Below, piece by piece: positions 21,463 through 34,670 of a DNA stretch of 64,000 bases. Source of the stretch: Vairimorpha necatrix. Lineage: Eukaryota. The notes under the pieces are model-generated. The model was not told the origin of the DNA and did no database searches. It worked only from the letters and a program-made list of their open reading frames with translations. The position numbers were made by a program, and so were the translations under genes. The stretch's first letter is position 1. The number at the start of each line of letters is the position of its first letter. The stretch lies in assembly GCA_036630325.1 (NCBI GenBank), contig CP142737.1, positions 496,001-560,000 on the forward strand. The letters are read 5' to 3'.

Positions 21463-24350
21463 TGACGTAGCCATGCTGGTAAAAATGCTCCAGCATGTTG
21501 TCGTGGTCGTTTATATTAAATTTTTTATTTACAATGTTTTGTTTCTCGTTCCTCTGTTTTCTCATATTCATCGTTAGTTCGTATTTTAGGTATGGGTAAG
21601 GGCAAAATTTATATTTATAGTTTTCTTTGTTTGTTTGTAAACAATTCGTTCAGATCAAACAAACAAAGAAACAAAAAAAAATGAATTACTTGTGGGATAC
21701 CACAGTCTACCCTTCCCGGAAAAAAAAACTTATTATATCACTTTCTTAAAGCCTTAATGTCATTTACATGAATCAACTCACTTCTTCCTTCTATTTTACA
21801 CCATAGTTTTTTATCACCTAATTTCTCAATTGTGTAAGGCCCTATATATCTGTCTTCTATTTATTAGCATTAAAATTTCTTATGTAGACTACATCATTGA
21901 TATTTATTTCTGTTCGTTCCGATTTTGACAAATGTTTTGGTTCTACCAATGATTTTAAATCATATTTAACCTCCTTTTTATCCAAATCAAAATAGGAGTA
22001 AGACTTTATAACCGTTATCGGTGCGATTCCAATTCCTCTATGAAAGTTGATGTTTAATCTTCTGTTTATCATTTGTGTTACGTTATCGATTTGTTCTCCT
22101 TTGTATATTCTCAAAACTTCAGCTATCGTTTGATTTAATCGTTCACTAATTCCATTCGATGATGGGTGATACATTGGCTAATTCGTTATTTTGATTTTTT
22201 GTACATTGCAAAATTTTTCAAATTCCTTACTCGTATATTGTTTACCATTGTCACAAATAATTGTATCAGGTGCTTCGAACTCTTTTATCCAAGCCTTTAT
22301 GGTATTTATCAATTCTTGATTAGTTACTTTCGTATAAAATTTTACTAACGTATATCTACTATATACATCGGTCAGTGTCAAAAAATATCCTTTGCTATCA
22401 AGCTCATCATGCTGGTATTTATTTAAATTGAAGGGTCCAAATATGTCACTGGATAATACCTTGAATATCCTCTCTGAAAATATTCTATATTTTATCTTCG
22501 ACTTCTTTTTATTCTCCTTACATTTAATGCATACTTCACAGCTTTCTACTACCTTTCTAATTGTTGTTCTTATATTTTTGACTTTGTATATACCTTTTAA
22601 GTTTTGATATAAAGTGCTCATTCCTGCATGTACAGATAAAACATGCATGTCTTTTATAAATTGTTCTCTTTTTTCATCATCGACTTTGATTCTCTCTTTT
22701 TCATCTTTTTGTATGGTATTGTTCTCATTTTTTATATTTTCATCAAAAAACAATTTCACGGGCGCAATTTTTATTCTTTGAAAATTTTCATTTTCTTTAA
22801 TATAATTTTTTATATTTCTTTCTAAGTTTGTTCCTTTTAGAATTTCTTTATTCTTAATTAATCCTATACGTTCAAATAGAATGTTGTCGATCTCATCTTT
22901 AGTTAAGTCATCAGTCTCGTTCATCCTTAAAACTTTACCATTTATAATCACGGATTTGTTTTTAAAATCCAAAACCATTTCATTGTCTAACATAAATTGG
23001 CTTCCAATTATCACATCTTCGGGAAGTTCTTTTAATAAATAAAATTCAGCTTTTATCGGTCTACTCATTCCATGAATAAATACTTCTGTTTCAGTAAACT
23101 TGCAAATAGTTTCCATTTCTCCGTTTGCGAAAATATTTGTCACTGGTTGTCCTTCTACAATCTCTAGATTTAACTTATCTGCCATCCTTTGACTAATAAA
23201 ATTTCTTTCAGCACCAGTATCTAATAAAATTTTTGTGTCTATCTTATTTATTACCACATTCAACTCAATCCTTTTTAATTTGGTTTTACTTTCCCTTATC
23301 AAATTGAATTTCTCTTTCTTTTCTTGATTATTTCTATGTTGATAATATTTTGGATCATACTTGGTGCATTCTTCGGTCGTGTGATTACACCAGCGATGTA
23401 ATTTGCAAAATTTTCTCTCCTCATAATTCTTCTTAATATTTTCATCTTGTTGAATATTCGTTGGAACTATCTTCTCATTCTTTCCTTTTCCTTCGTTCAT
23501 TTCTTTGCATTTCGTAGTTAATTTTTTCTCGATATCCAGTAAATATGCATAACACTCTTCATAATTTGTTATTTGTAGTTCTAAGATTTTTCCATAGGTA
23601 TATTTGCTTAAGCCGTTAAAAAATACGGTCGCTATTTTTTTGTCATATTCTTTTTCATTCATATCCGAAATTTTATTATAAATGTTCATTAATTTTTTTA
23701 TCTCTTTGTTATATTGAACTATCGATCTAAATTTAATTTGATAAATCCTTTCCAGTTTCTTAGCATATAGTCTCTCCTCTTCCTTGGGATAAAGTATGGA
23801 AAACAGATATGTTTTAATGTCCTTCCAAGAATTCTCCAATTCTTCCCTTTCGACTCTTTCATCTTTTATGAGTGTTTTTAGGACTTTAGATACTATCACT
23901 TTACTCCATTTGTTACTAGTTATCAGTTCTTCAAAATCTTTACACCACCTAATAATATCTATCTTTTCAATGTCTTCTATAATTACAATTTCCTGTTTGA
24001 GTCGTTCGTTTAGTCCTTCGATATGAATTTCGAATGTCATTGTTTTGTATGTTTCGTTGTTTTTGTTTGTCATTTCTATTGCTACTTTTGTGTCTATTGA
24101 ATTCAATCTGACGTAGCCATGCTGGTAAAAATGCTCCAGCATGTTGTCGTGGTCGTTTATATTAAATTTTTTATTTACAATGTTTTGTTTCTCGTTCCTC
24201 TGTTTTCTCATATTCATCGTTAGTTCAAATTTTAGGTATGGGTAAGGGCAAAATTTATATTTATAGTTTTCTTTGTTTGTTTGTAAACAATTCGTTCAGA
24301 TCAAACAAACAAAGAAACAAAAAAAAATGAATTACTTGTGGGATACCACA
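21463..24350 (-). mobile_element. Ty3/gypsy element G3 lacking RT/RNase H
   Basis: 242-bp LTRs at 21463-21704 and 24109-24350; TSD GTTCT. Confidence 0.93.
22178..24217 (-). CDS. Gag-protease-integrase in-frame fusion of G3 (IN C-terminus continues in 21857-22174)
   Basis: FCKLH....H....C knuckle, LLDTGA protease, H..H/C..C and DIFGP/CDNG integrase; no YxDD. Confidence 0.85.
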   Translation of the reverse strand: MNMRKQRNEKQNIVNKKFNINDHDNMLEHFYQHGYVRLNSIDTKVAIEMTNKNNETYKTMTFEIHIEGLNERLKQEIVIIEDIEKIDIIRWCKDFEELITSNKWSKVIVSKVLKTLIKDERVEREELENSWKDIKTYLFSILYPKEEERLYAKKLERIYQIKFRSIVQYNKEIKKLMNIYNKISDMNEKEYDKKIATVFFNGLSKYTYGKILELQITNYEECYAYLLDIEKKLTTKCKEMNEGKGKNEKIVPTNIQQDENIKKNYEERKFCKLHRWCNHTTEECTKYDPKYYQHRNNQEKKEKFNLIRESKTKLKRIELNVVINKIDTKILLDTGAERNFISQRMADKLNLEIVEGQPVTNIFANGEMETICKFTETEVFIHGMSRPIKAEFYLLKELPEDVIIGSQFMLDNEMVLDFKNKSVIINGKVLRMNETDDLTKDEIDNILFERIGLIKNKEILKGTNLERNIKNYIKENENFQRIKIAPVKLFFDENIKNENNTIQKDEKERIKVDDEKREQFIKDMHVLSVHAGMSTLYQNLKGIYKVKNIRTTIRKVVESCEVCIKCKENKKKSKIKYRIFSERIFKVLSSDIFGPFNLNKYQHDELDSKGYFLTLTDVYSRYTLVKFYTKVTNQELINTIKAWIKEFEAPDTIICDNGKQYTSKEFEKFCNVQKIKITN

Positions 24351-25129
24351 GTTCTTTATCATTCCTATGCAGGGAACAGTCCTTTGTGTTATGAAATTTC
24401 GATTGGTGATACTTACACCATTGGTTGTTTGAAAAGGTTTTTTTTTACTTTAGAGTCAGATATCGTGGTTGCACAGTATTGTTTAGCGTCTGTCAATTGT
24501 GCTATGATGGTTTCTTCAAATTCCGATAAAAAATTAATTACTTCTTCGAATGAAGCCGTTTTAAGTCGTTGGTCTGTAATTTTTATTGTGGTGTGTGTAC
24601 CTAGACCTTTAAAGAAGATTTCTACTTGTTTTCTTTCTACCTCCTTCCTTGTCAATTCATTTACGTGTATATATCCTTCTAATTCTTGTAAAATTTTCTC
24701 CATATATTCGTTTATGGTTTTATAGTCCGTCAGCTTAATTTTATCTATTTTATTAGAAAGTATTCTGCATTTAGTTTTTGGGTAAATTATGTCAAGAAGC
24801 TGTTTTCTTAGAGCAATATAGCTATTCTTAGCAAGTTTTTCTTTGTACATGCTATCGTAAATTAAACTATGGTAAACTGTCCTGCTTGGGAGTCGTTCCA
24901 CTTGTTATAATTGGAAAGTGTTTCAAAATCATTTAGATTTCTGAGCGAAAGTTCTGTTTTAATATTATAGATTTTTTGAATGTGCTCTCTGATGGTAGTT
25001 TCGGTTCCTTCTACGGTTCGCGTGAATTAAGCGTAGAAATGTTTATATTCAGATAAGAACTCTTTTTTTGTATAGCCATTTGAGCTCAAATTGGCGTGTT
25101 TACCGGGAAGCCTGCCTATAGCAAGAAAG

Positions 25130-26319
25130 GGTTAAATTGCGATGTTACCCCCCCCCCACCCCTAAAAAAATAAAAAAAAGGGGAAAAAATAAAAAAAAGG
25201 GGAAAATAAAAAAGGAATAAAATAAAAAAATAGGGAACAAAATTTATTCAATCAATTTAAAATCAAATTCGGGCGCTAAATCGTAATTTAAAAATGATAT
25301 ATTATCAATCTCAAAAAAGCACAACATTCTTTCAAGTAGTGATTCTCTATAAATTAACTTAAAACGAGCTATATAAAGCTTTCGAATGAGATTCATTAAA
25401 GAACCATGGCTTGTTCCTTCTTTGCGCAATTCCCTTTTAATTACAGACCACATTCCCTCAATTGTTTGGGTGTGGGCGCCTGTTGTTGTATTTACAAAAT
25501 TTTGGCTATGATTTACAGTTAAATGTAAATAGTTATAATCCGGACATAGTTCCGAAAACCCTTCATAACCCCGCCAACAATCAGTAATAATTGTAGATCC
25601 AGGTGCGATTTTTCGTTTTATTAAATCGACAAGAGTAGCTCTTGATCGATTTTCAACAATTTCGAAAAAAAAAGAATTGCTGTCTCCTCGTACAACTCCA
25701 CCAACGGCCCAAACTTGGTATTGAAGGATTCTACCGTTATGGTTTTTACTTTTAACAAGCAATGTCTCGTCTATTTCAACTACGCAATTTAAACCTCCTA
25801 TGGTTTTGTTTTGAAGGTAGTTGAAATAGGATAAGAATACAGCGTTATTAAAACGCGTAAACTAGCGAGATACGGTACTACTATCTATATCCAATTCGAT
25901 AGTAGCCGAAACATTGCTTACACCTTTAACCCATTCACACAGCAAAATTAAAAGATCTTCGATATCTAATCTAGAACTTTTAAAAATGCTTTCTTTGTAA
26001 ATGTTACCTTTGTTTGAGCATTTTCTCCCATTTCGTCGTAAGTAACAACGATATTTGTCCAAATTATTTCTAATTTTGGTCATGGGCGTCATGCACTTAT
26101 TGCACATTGGTACCTTTAATATATTTTTTTCAAGAAGAAATATCAATAATTCCTCTTTTTTATATATTAATTTTCTAAAATTTTTTATGTTCATTTTGGG
26201 GGCATAATTTTATTCCTTTTTTATTTTCCCCTTTTTTTTATTTTTTCCCCTTTTTTTATTTTTTCCCCTTTTTTTTATTTTTTTAGGGGTGGGGGGGGGG
26301 GTAACATCGCAATTTAACC
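25130..26319 (-). mobile_element. Merlin transposon in the G4 5' LTR (one nonsense codon)
   Basis: TIR GGTTAAATTGCGATGTTACCCC; TSD CAAGAAAG; ORFs 25862-26194 and 25244-25762 in one frame; IDET/TDCW/HTQTIEG. Confidence 0.92.
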
Positions 26320-27230
26320 CAAGAAAGCATTTAATGATGCTACGGTTTGGGGAGCCGTGAAAACCGGAGTTAAAGAGTTAGAGGGAAAGGATTGTTTATT
26401 GTTATGGAAAGAGTTTTGTTTATCTGATTTGTAGAAGGAAGAGTGTTTGTAGTTGTTCTGATAATGTACCATGTTTGTTCATGAAATTTCTTTATTTATA
26501 TACATGGTAACCAATAGGAAGAAATAAGATTTGGCTGACCAATAATAGTCGACCATAACTTATCGTTCCGAAGAAGCATCAGCGTTTAAGTATTTATTGG
26601 TTTTTAACAATCATGTGGTATGATCCATTATACCACATAATGATTGAGAATCACTCAAAAGAATGTGTAGAACTAAAGGATAAACCTTCCGATGTTCCAA
26701 ATGATACCAGCAGCGAAACCCTTCAGTTAGCTACTGGAAATAATGATATTTCTAAATTAGAAATTATAAAGGAAGATTTTTTTAATTAATGTCAAAAACA
26801 TCGACTCTACTGTCAAAGTAGAAGAAGAAGATCGATTGTCCGAAGATGGCAAAAGAAAATGTATAGATGTTTCAAAGACATCTACAAATACTATAATTAA
26901 TAAAAATATTAAAACAAAAGATGTTAAGCTAGATATAGCTTCCATTAATAAAAAAGCAGTGGGTAGACATCTGTCAACTATCTCTGCTATTATAGCTGGT
27001 AAAAGAAAAGCTCCCAAGAATGGAGTCAAACTTTACCATGTAAACGAAGACGGATGGACATCTGTCAAACACACTTTCAAACCTAAAGTCCAGATAGACT
27101 TGAATAAACATAGAAGTGGTAAAACCTCAAATAAAGACAACTTTAATAGATTTAAATCACTTAAAGTAGAAATCGGTGGCAATTTAAAAGTGCCCAAAAA
27201 TACTATTTATGAAGTTTTAAGGAGAAAATT

Positions 27231-28344
27231 GGATCAGTGGGATTTTTTCCCCCAAACGTGTATCAGTGGGAATTTTTCCCCCATTGGGGGAAAAAATCCT
27301 AAATTGTAAATTTTCAAAATTAGAAAAAGAAAAAAATTATAAATTAATTTTTGATAGAGTTAATATCTTTAAGAAGCGTTCATTCCTATTGTTAAACTTC
27401 CACACCATTTCCTCCAAAAAATCGGACCTTTTGCTTGTCAAGACACCTTTTCTTTTTTTTATTTCACACTTTATAACATTATTAAAGGACTCAACAGCTT
27501 GAGTATTTGTACCTGTCGCCTTGTTTACAAATTCTTTTTTGTAGCAAAGTGAAGAGTGTACATATCCTAGAGAACCTAAACTGCAATAAGATTTATGCTC
27601 ATCTGTCCAAATTATGCTTCCCTCTTGGACATTGTCGCAGACAATGGGTATTATTGTCGAGGCCTTTTTATTTTCGATTACACAAGCATACGCTCGGGTA
27701 ATCATTGTATCGTGTTCTACAATACACAATGCATCTGTTTTATTAGAGGGTGACCTTCCCCTGTGACTTTTGACTTTGTAGTTTAACATTGTCTCGTCGA
27801 TTTGCACGACCTTGCCAGGCCCTCCCAATTTGTCGTGCCTACTATCTAGCCTTCTACAGTAATCTAAGAACTTTAAAATAATTTTTTTATAACTCTTGAT
27901 GTCAATTTGCATCTGCTCTATTATTATGTGCTGAGTCTGGTTGGTTGACCATTTAATTGATACCTTTATTATTGTAATAAATGTCAAATTAAACCCCTGA
28001 AAAAAGCTACCCTTGCGAATAGAGACCTGCTTTTTATAACAAGTGCAACGAGCGTTCATACATACCCAAGCAATTTGGCACTTAATTTTGAAATAATTCT
28101 TTTTAACTAACAAATTATTGCAAATTTCGCAAGTTAAGCCACTAGCTAATAGGTTAGAATACATCAGAAATTCAACTAATACCTGATCATTCATCCTAAC
28201 TAACTCGGTCTCGAACGAATCTAAACTCATAATAAGGGGTTAAAAAAATAAAAGTAAAAGTAAAAAATTTTGAAAGGATTTTTTCCCCCAAATGTATAAC
28301 AGTGGGATTTTTTCCCCCAGTGGGGGAAAAAATTCCACTGATCC
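27231..28344 (-). mobile_element. Merlin transposon with intact transposase
   Basis: TIR GGATCAGTGG.ATTTTTTCCCCC; flanks share GAAAATT. Confidence 0.9.
27337..28230 (-). CDS. IS1595/ISXO2-like (Merlin) DDE transposase, 297 aa
   Basis: N-terminal Cys pairs; VQIDET, WTDEHKSY, NTQAVESFN. Confidence 0.9.
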   Translation of the reverse strand: MSLDSFETELVRMNDQVLVEFLMYSNLLASGLTCEICNNLLVKKNYFKIKCQIAWVCMNARCTCYKKQVSIRKGSFFQGFNLTFITIIKVSIKWSTNQTQHIIIEQMQIDIKSYKKIILKFLDYCRRLDSRHDKLGGPGKVVQIDETMLNYKVKSHRGRSPSNKTDALCIVEHDTMITRAYACVIENKKASTIIPIVCDNVQEGSIIWTDEHKSYCSLGSLGYVHSSLCYKKEFVNKATGTNTQAVESFNNVIKCEIKKRKGVLTSKRSDFLEEMVWKFNNRNERFLKILTLSKINL

Positions 28345-30114
28345 GAAAATTTATCATTCCTAAAAAAAGATCATGAAAAAAGAAGATCACAAAATCTTAA
28401 AAAAAATTATACCCCCAAAATGGAGAACAAAAAAGGTGAGAAATCTCAGAAAAAGGGAAGCTCAGTTTTACCAAAGAAAAACTGGGCTGAAGGGCTATCA
28501 GACGAAGCTCTCATGAAAATTATTAAGGGTGGTAGATACATCTCTAAATGCAAGTTCAAGTTAGCTCTTGTGTCTGGACTCGGGTTGGACGGGAAACCCC
28601 AATCTAGAGATGCCTGGGCAGCGATGATGGAAGTGCAAAGCAAAGAAATCACTCTTATAAAACAATTTAAATAGTCAGAAGTAGTACTCATGATGATTAG
28701 AGAAAACGTGTGCCAAAAGGTACTTAAAAAAATTAAAGAAAGATTTGTAGGTTCCGACATCTGGGATGATGAAGAATTCTTCGCTGGCTTCATATCTTTT
28801 AATAAATAAATTGTTCTAGGAGAACTACTGAGACTCTCCGGAACACATAAAAAGTTTGTACCACTTGTGAAAGCATGTAGGTACATAACTAAAGAATTGA
28901 ATAAAGAAAGTCCCGAATACGATTCGTTATTTACTTAAAAAAAATGATGGGTGAACCTGCCCGAGAATCCAAGGACTTTAATGATGAATAAAGTATCTTT
29001 GCTAAAGTCCTGTTTTTATAGGAAATTATTTTCTTATAACAAAAGTGATATTTTCAAATCTTTAAATAAAAAAATGCATAATCCAATTGGTTATAACAAA
29101 TTAAAAAATACTTTCAAAACGCCAAGGAGACTGAATAGTCTCAAATATTTTTCTATTAGAAAGAATATGTGGCGGAAGAAAGTACAAGAACAATATTGTA
29201 TTGTCAAGATACAAAGAATTCCTTATGGAGTGAAAGATCTCCTCAAAGACTTATGTAAGAAGAACTCTCCTTTGGAGAATTCCATTATTACAGCAAGAAA
29301 ATATAGACGAAGGGACACTTCTTTTACAAAAATAATAGTTGAAAAACTATACGCAAATTTATTGATTAAGACAGTTGAAACTAAAGGCTTCAAAGTTATA
29401 AATGATAATAGAAAAGAACTGGAGAAATCTAGTAAAGTAAATAAAAGGACCAAAGAGAACATAAAACTCTTAAGTCTAAACATTAATCATCTCTCTAATA
29501 AGAGAGAAGAACTTGAGTTTCTTCTTAAGAAGGAGAAACCAGAAATTTTGTGTTTACAAGAAACTTGGAGACAATCTACAAGACCTTTGAAACTTGAAAA
29601 ATACGCTACAGTTGAAACATCTAGTGGTGGGAAAAATAAACCAGGATTAATAACTCTGGTTAGAAATAATGGAGCAATCAGATGTTCCAAAAAAGGCACC
29701 GACTCAAATATTCTGCAAACTGTAGTTGAGTTTAGGTCAGCGGGCAATTGGATTAAGTATCTAATCTTAAATGTCTACATACCACAAGGCAAGGATCTCA
29801 AGATAGAAGTCTTGGCCAGATTATTATTTCTCTTAGAAAAAGAGAATTTCAGAAATAACTATAGTGAGATCATACTGATGGGAGATATGAATATGCAGAG
29901 TTCTAGTCTCAAGAAAAAACTAAATGTAGTTGGTTTGCCAGTTACAATAAGATACAACAGCAAAGATGGTACAAGGATTCTCAAAGATGGTAAAAGATCT
30001 AAGAGGAAAATTGATACCATCTTTCGACTAAAAATTAATGATAATGAGAAGATCGTTATATCAAAGTCTTGGGTATTAAGTGATCACTTAGTGCTCAAAA
30101 GAAATATTAAACTT

Positions 30115-31567
30115 GGCGCTACTTCATTTTCTTGCCCCCCCCCCCCCCCTAGAAAAAAACAATTATTTAGAAGAAATTTTATTTATTCAAAAATACAAAG
30201 TTCTAAAATTTTTATATAGGCACATCTATGATCATCATTATTAGAATGATTGATATTTCTTTTTTTCCAAGCAAATTCTTTTAGAAATAAATTAATCTTA
30301 TGCCTTTTAAGCCCACTTCTCGATCTATACTCATTCTTCAAATGGGACCACAAATTTTCTATATTATTTGTGTGGTCTCCTTCTGCATTTATAAATCCAA
30401 GCGAATGATTTACTATGTAATGTTCACTGCCAAAATTTCTAGAGGCTGATGGATATGAAGGGTATCCATCAGTAATTATAATAGAGCCAGGTTTTACTCT
30501 GCGTCTAAAAAAGTCTTCTATAGTACTAGATTGTCGATTAGGTAGCAATTCAAGAACAAATTCTCTACAATTACCTTCTACTATGCCGCCTATAATCCAC
30601 TGAATTCCAGGCATGGAATCCAAAGTTGAAGAAGGATTAGATACAATTAACCCGTTGCATATGGCGGGTTCATCAAATTGTACACCAACAGAAGTTCCTC
30701 CAATTTGGTAGCTATCATCGCTTTTAGAAGCAATGATTTCCATCACTGTGTCCTTGATTTTAATATATATTTTTTTATATATTTTGCACAGATCTATTGC
30801 TTGGTAAGTAGTATAATTAAATACCCAGCAATAGAATGCTCTAAGAATTTTGTGAAATGGAACGCTTATTCCTTTAAACATCGTACCATTTTTAAGTGAG
30901 CCCTTCGAACTACACTTTTTATTAACACAACGATAAGCTTTACCGTCAATGTAGCCGGAACATCCACTAATGTTCATAAGAACAGTTCGTTCTGATGTCG
31001 AACAATGTCTGCAAGCAATCGATCTTTTTAGAAGACCATAATCTAAAAAAAAAAATCAAACGCTGCTTCATTGTTCCTAAAGCACGCATCTTCGCAGATA
31101 TTTAGCTCTCGAATAGCCTCCTGCAGATATCTCATTAAAGGGGTTAAAAAATTTTAATTTTTTAACCCCTTAATGAGGAATCTGCAGGAGGCATTTAAAA
31201 ATTCTCAAATCGACAAAAAATACCTTAACTTCATTTTCTTGCCCCCCCCCCCCTCAAAAAAAAAATGTTTAGATTTGAAAAATAACACTGTGGTAGACTA
31301 CCACCTAGTAATCAGCAATGTAACCAATAATCAGCTTTTAAACAGTTTCATGTTGAAACTCAAGATTCTCATCAATAATCTAAAACAATAGTTTCATAAT
31401 AAAATATAAAAGAGAAAATTTTGTAAATAAATATGGTTTTCAACAGAAACAACTCTTTTAACTACTCAGCTCACTCTTCACCTTACACCGGTTACCATAA
31501 ACACGATTTTGTATCTTTTTATTAATGTTTTTTTTAGGGGGGGGGGGCAAGAAAATGAAGTAGCGCC
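30115..31567 (-). mobile_element. Merlin transposon in LINE-A copy 3 ORF2
   Basis: TIR GGCGCTACTTCATTTTCTTGCCCC; TSD TTAAACTT; transposase 30183-31135 (frameshifted), TDGYPSY, HTNNIENLW. Confidence 0.9.
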
Positions 31568-32314
31568 TTAAACTTGCCGTTGATAAGATCTCAGATCAAC
31601 TAGTTTATGATAAGATGATGGAAAATCCAAAAGTGATTAAAAAGCTTAAAAAGAAGTTGTGTAATCAACAATTAAACATGAATAATCTTCCTGAGATTAT
31701 TCAAAAAGTTTGTACATCTTTGAAGATTTACAAAAAGAGAAGAGTCCATACTGGACTAACAATGAGATGGAGATATTTTAAAGTCTTCAAAGAAAAACGT
31801 CTAGCAGCAAGAGCTGTTATGAAAAATTACAATGAAATCAACTCAATTAGATTCGAATATCTCAAAAAGAGAGTAGACGAAACTAAAAAGTTGATTCGCA
31901 AAGATAGATCAAAACTTTGAGCTTTAAGAGGAATAAAGCTCTTTAAAAGTAACAGATCCCGAGAATTCTGGCAATGGCTGAAAAATAGAAGTGTTTCCAT
32001 TCGTTTGGGTCAAGTGGCTCCAGTTGACTACAATAAGATACTTCAGACTTGCCGAGCAAAGAAGCTAGAAATAGCAAATAATTTTTACGCTGATTTGGCG
32101 TCAGAGAATGATTAGATGTCAATGTCTATGAAAAAGTAGATCTTGTTGATCTTCCCCCAGAGATAACAGATGAAGAATTTCTATCCGCACTGAAGAAATG
32201 TGGAAATAACAAAGCAGCCGGTCCTGATGAGATTCCAACCGACCTATACAAACACTTACTGACTAGAGCAGTAGAAGATAAATTCTTTAAATTCGTGCTA
32301 CATGAATTTAATAA

Positions 32315-33780
32315 GGTTAAGTTCTCGACTTACCCCAACCCCCCCCCCACCCCTAAAAAAAATAAAAAAAGGGGGGGAAAAAAAAGGGGGAAAAAAACGT
32401 TTAATTCTCGACTTAACCCCCCCCCCTTACCCCCCAAAAAAAACAAAAAAAATTATTCCACAATTGTAAAGTCTATTTCAGGAATAATATCATAAGCTAC
32501 AATACTAAAATTACCTATTTGAAAAAATTCTAACATTTTATCTAATAGATTTTCACGATATATTAATTTGAATCTGTTAATGTAAATCTTTCTTACAAGA
32601 TTCATAATAGTACCATGACTAGTTCCGCCTTTTCTTAGTTTTCTTTTAATAACCGACCACATTCCCTCTATAGTCTGAGTATGCGCACCAGTTATATTAT
32701 CAACAAAATTTTGGCTGTGATTCACAGTTAAATGTAGATACTCATATTCTACACAGATTGTTTGAATATCACTATATCCACGCCAACAATCTGTCACAAT
32801 TGTGGTCCCCGGAGCAATTTTTCTTGTAATTAATTCAACAAGAGTAGCTCTTGTTCTATTTTCTACGATCTCAAAGAAAAAAGAATTTGCATCCCCTCTC
32901 ACAACGCCTCCAACTGCCCATACTTGATATTGAAGAATCCTTCCCGCATGGTTTTTACTTTTTACAAGTAAAGTTTCATCAATTTCAACAATACAACCGA
33001 CGCCGCGAATCGTTTGATTGTTTATATATGTTGAATAAGAGACGTACACGGCGTTATTAAAACGCGTAAACCATCTTGATACCGTACATTTACCTATATC
33101 AAGTTCTAACGTGGCGGCCAAATTACTTGAACCCTTTACCTATTCGCAAAGCAATATTAAAAGATCCTCAATAGGCAATTTTGAGTCCTTAAAAACGCTT
33201 TGTTTCATTATGGTTCCTTTGTTAGAACATTTTTTACCATCACGTCTTGAATAACAACGATAGTTTTCAGTGTTGGTCCGATTTTGAGTCATTGGTATAT
33301 TGCATTTATTGCACATAGGGACCCTCAAAATGTTTTTTGCAATTAAAAATTGCATTAACTCATTTTTTTTATAGATGAGTGTGGTATTATGACCACATAA
33401 CATCTCTATTTCTTATAGGATGAATTTTACAATTTTAATTATTTTCCCTCCTTCTTATTTTTAAAATATTTTATTTTAAACCCCACAACAAAAAAAGGAA
33501 ATGGAATCCAAGGAGAAACAACTAAATAAAAATAATTACAATAAACAATATAAAAGCCTGCCAGGGACAGACGGGCAAACATTTAGTTCTTTAGAATATT
33601 ACTTTAGAACAAGCCGCATCCCTGTGTAGCACGCCAATGAGTTTTCTAAATTCTTTAATTCTCATTATGGGTCAAATTTTTTATTTTTTTTATTTTTTCC
33701 CCTTTTTTTATTTTTTTTTATTTTTTCCCCTTTTTTTTTATTTTTTTAGGGGTGGGGGGGGGTAACATCGCAATTTAACC
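32315..33780 (-). mobile_element. Merlin transposon with mismatched ends and no TSD
   Basis: Left TIR GGTTAAGTTCTCGACTTACCCC; right end of the 25130-type; transposase 32453-33666 interrupted. Confidence 0.85.
33380..33636 (+). mobile_element. Solo LTR inside Merlin
   Basis: TGTGG..GCCA; TSD ATGAG; encodes SSLEYYFRTS. Confidence 0.87.
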
Positions 33781-34670
33781 CTTTATTTATTATCTAATTT
33801 ATTTAATTAAAATATATTTCTAGCATTTTTTTTCTATTTTTTCAATATATTTTTCATTTTTTTCCATTACAGGGGGTCTTTGGGTCCGATCGAATACCAA
33901 AGAAGCACCAAAGTACCAATCTCTCTGATTTGGAATATCATGAATTTCACTTTATAGATTTCTAACTGTCAAGGACAGGCCCAGGCGCATACTGAGACTT
34001 GCCCTGCCCAAGGAATGAAGTGTGTTTTGACAGGTCTTTGGAGAGACCAACACATTAATTGAGAAATGACAAGGAAATATGAAAGGGCCTAGTTATGTGG
34101 TTAGGACCCAAATTACCATGTTTGGTCTACTGTACTTTTGTTGCCCAACATGTCAAAACTGTCATTCTCAAATTTTTAAGCAAAGTCACCCCGAGGGGAT
34201 GAAACTTAGGAAGGAAAACTCCACATCACCAAACCATAGTAAAAGTATTTGGAGCTTTGATACTTACAGCCCCCGCATTTGAGGCGGTACGATTTTTATT
34301 TCGAACCCCCAAAATGAAGTGTAAAAAAGGAGGAGCAAAGAAGAGACGAAAATTACTAGGCACTTATGATCTTAAAAATACTAAATAAAACCATAAAATA
34401 TTTTTATTTTATATTTTAAACCAATATTTTCTAATATTATGTTGTAATTAATAATTTAAATTTTAATAAATTTTAATATAGAAAACCCCTAAAATGACCG
34501 AGAACTATAATGAGGTCGAAGAAATTATGAACACAATAATAGAAAATAAATTAAAAATCATTTTCTGTCCCCTTTGCATGGGGATTTAAAGTTGAGCAAA
34601 AAAGCCTCAAGTAAACTCAAATGTTCGACGAGAGCGTGTAGAAGAGAAACAATTCTAACAAAAAAAAACC

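Larger units (their letters stand above)
19961..26637 (-). mobile_element. Ty3/gypsy element G4, internally deleted (gag joined to RNase H end and IN), hosting G3 and a Merlin
   Basis: LTRs at 19961-20309 and 25092-26637 (split by Merlin); TSD TAATG; gag 24413-24901; integrase fragments 20322-21368. Confidence 0.9.
15048..32314 (+). mobile_element. LINE-A copy 3, 5'-truncated in ORF1, fragmented by insertions and broken in RT
   Basis: Segments 15048-15148, 19841-19960, 26638-27230, 28345-30114 and 31568-32314 rejoin across TSDs; ORF2 APE at 28982-30114. Confidence 0.88.
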
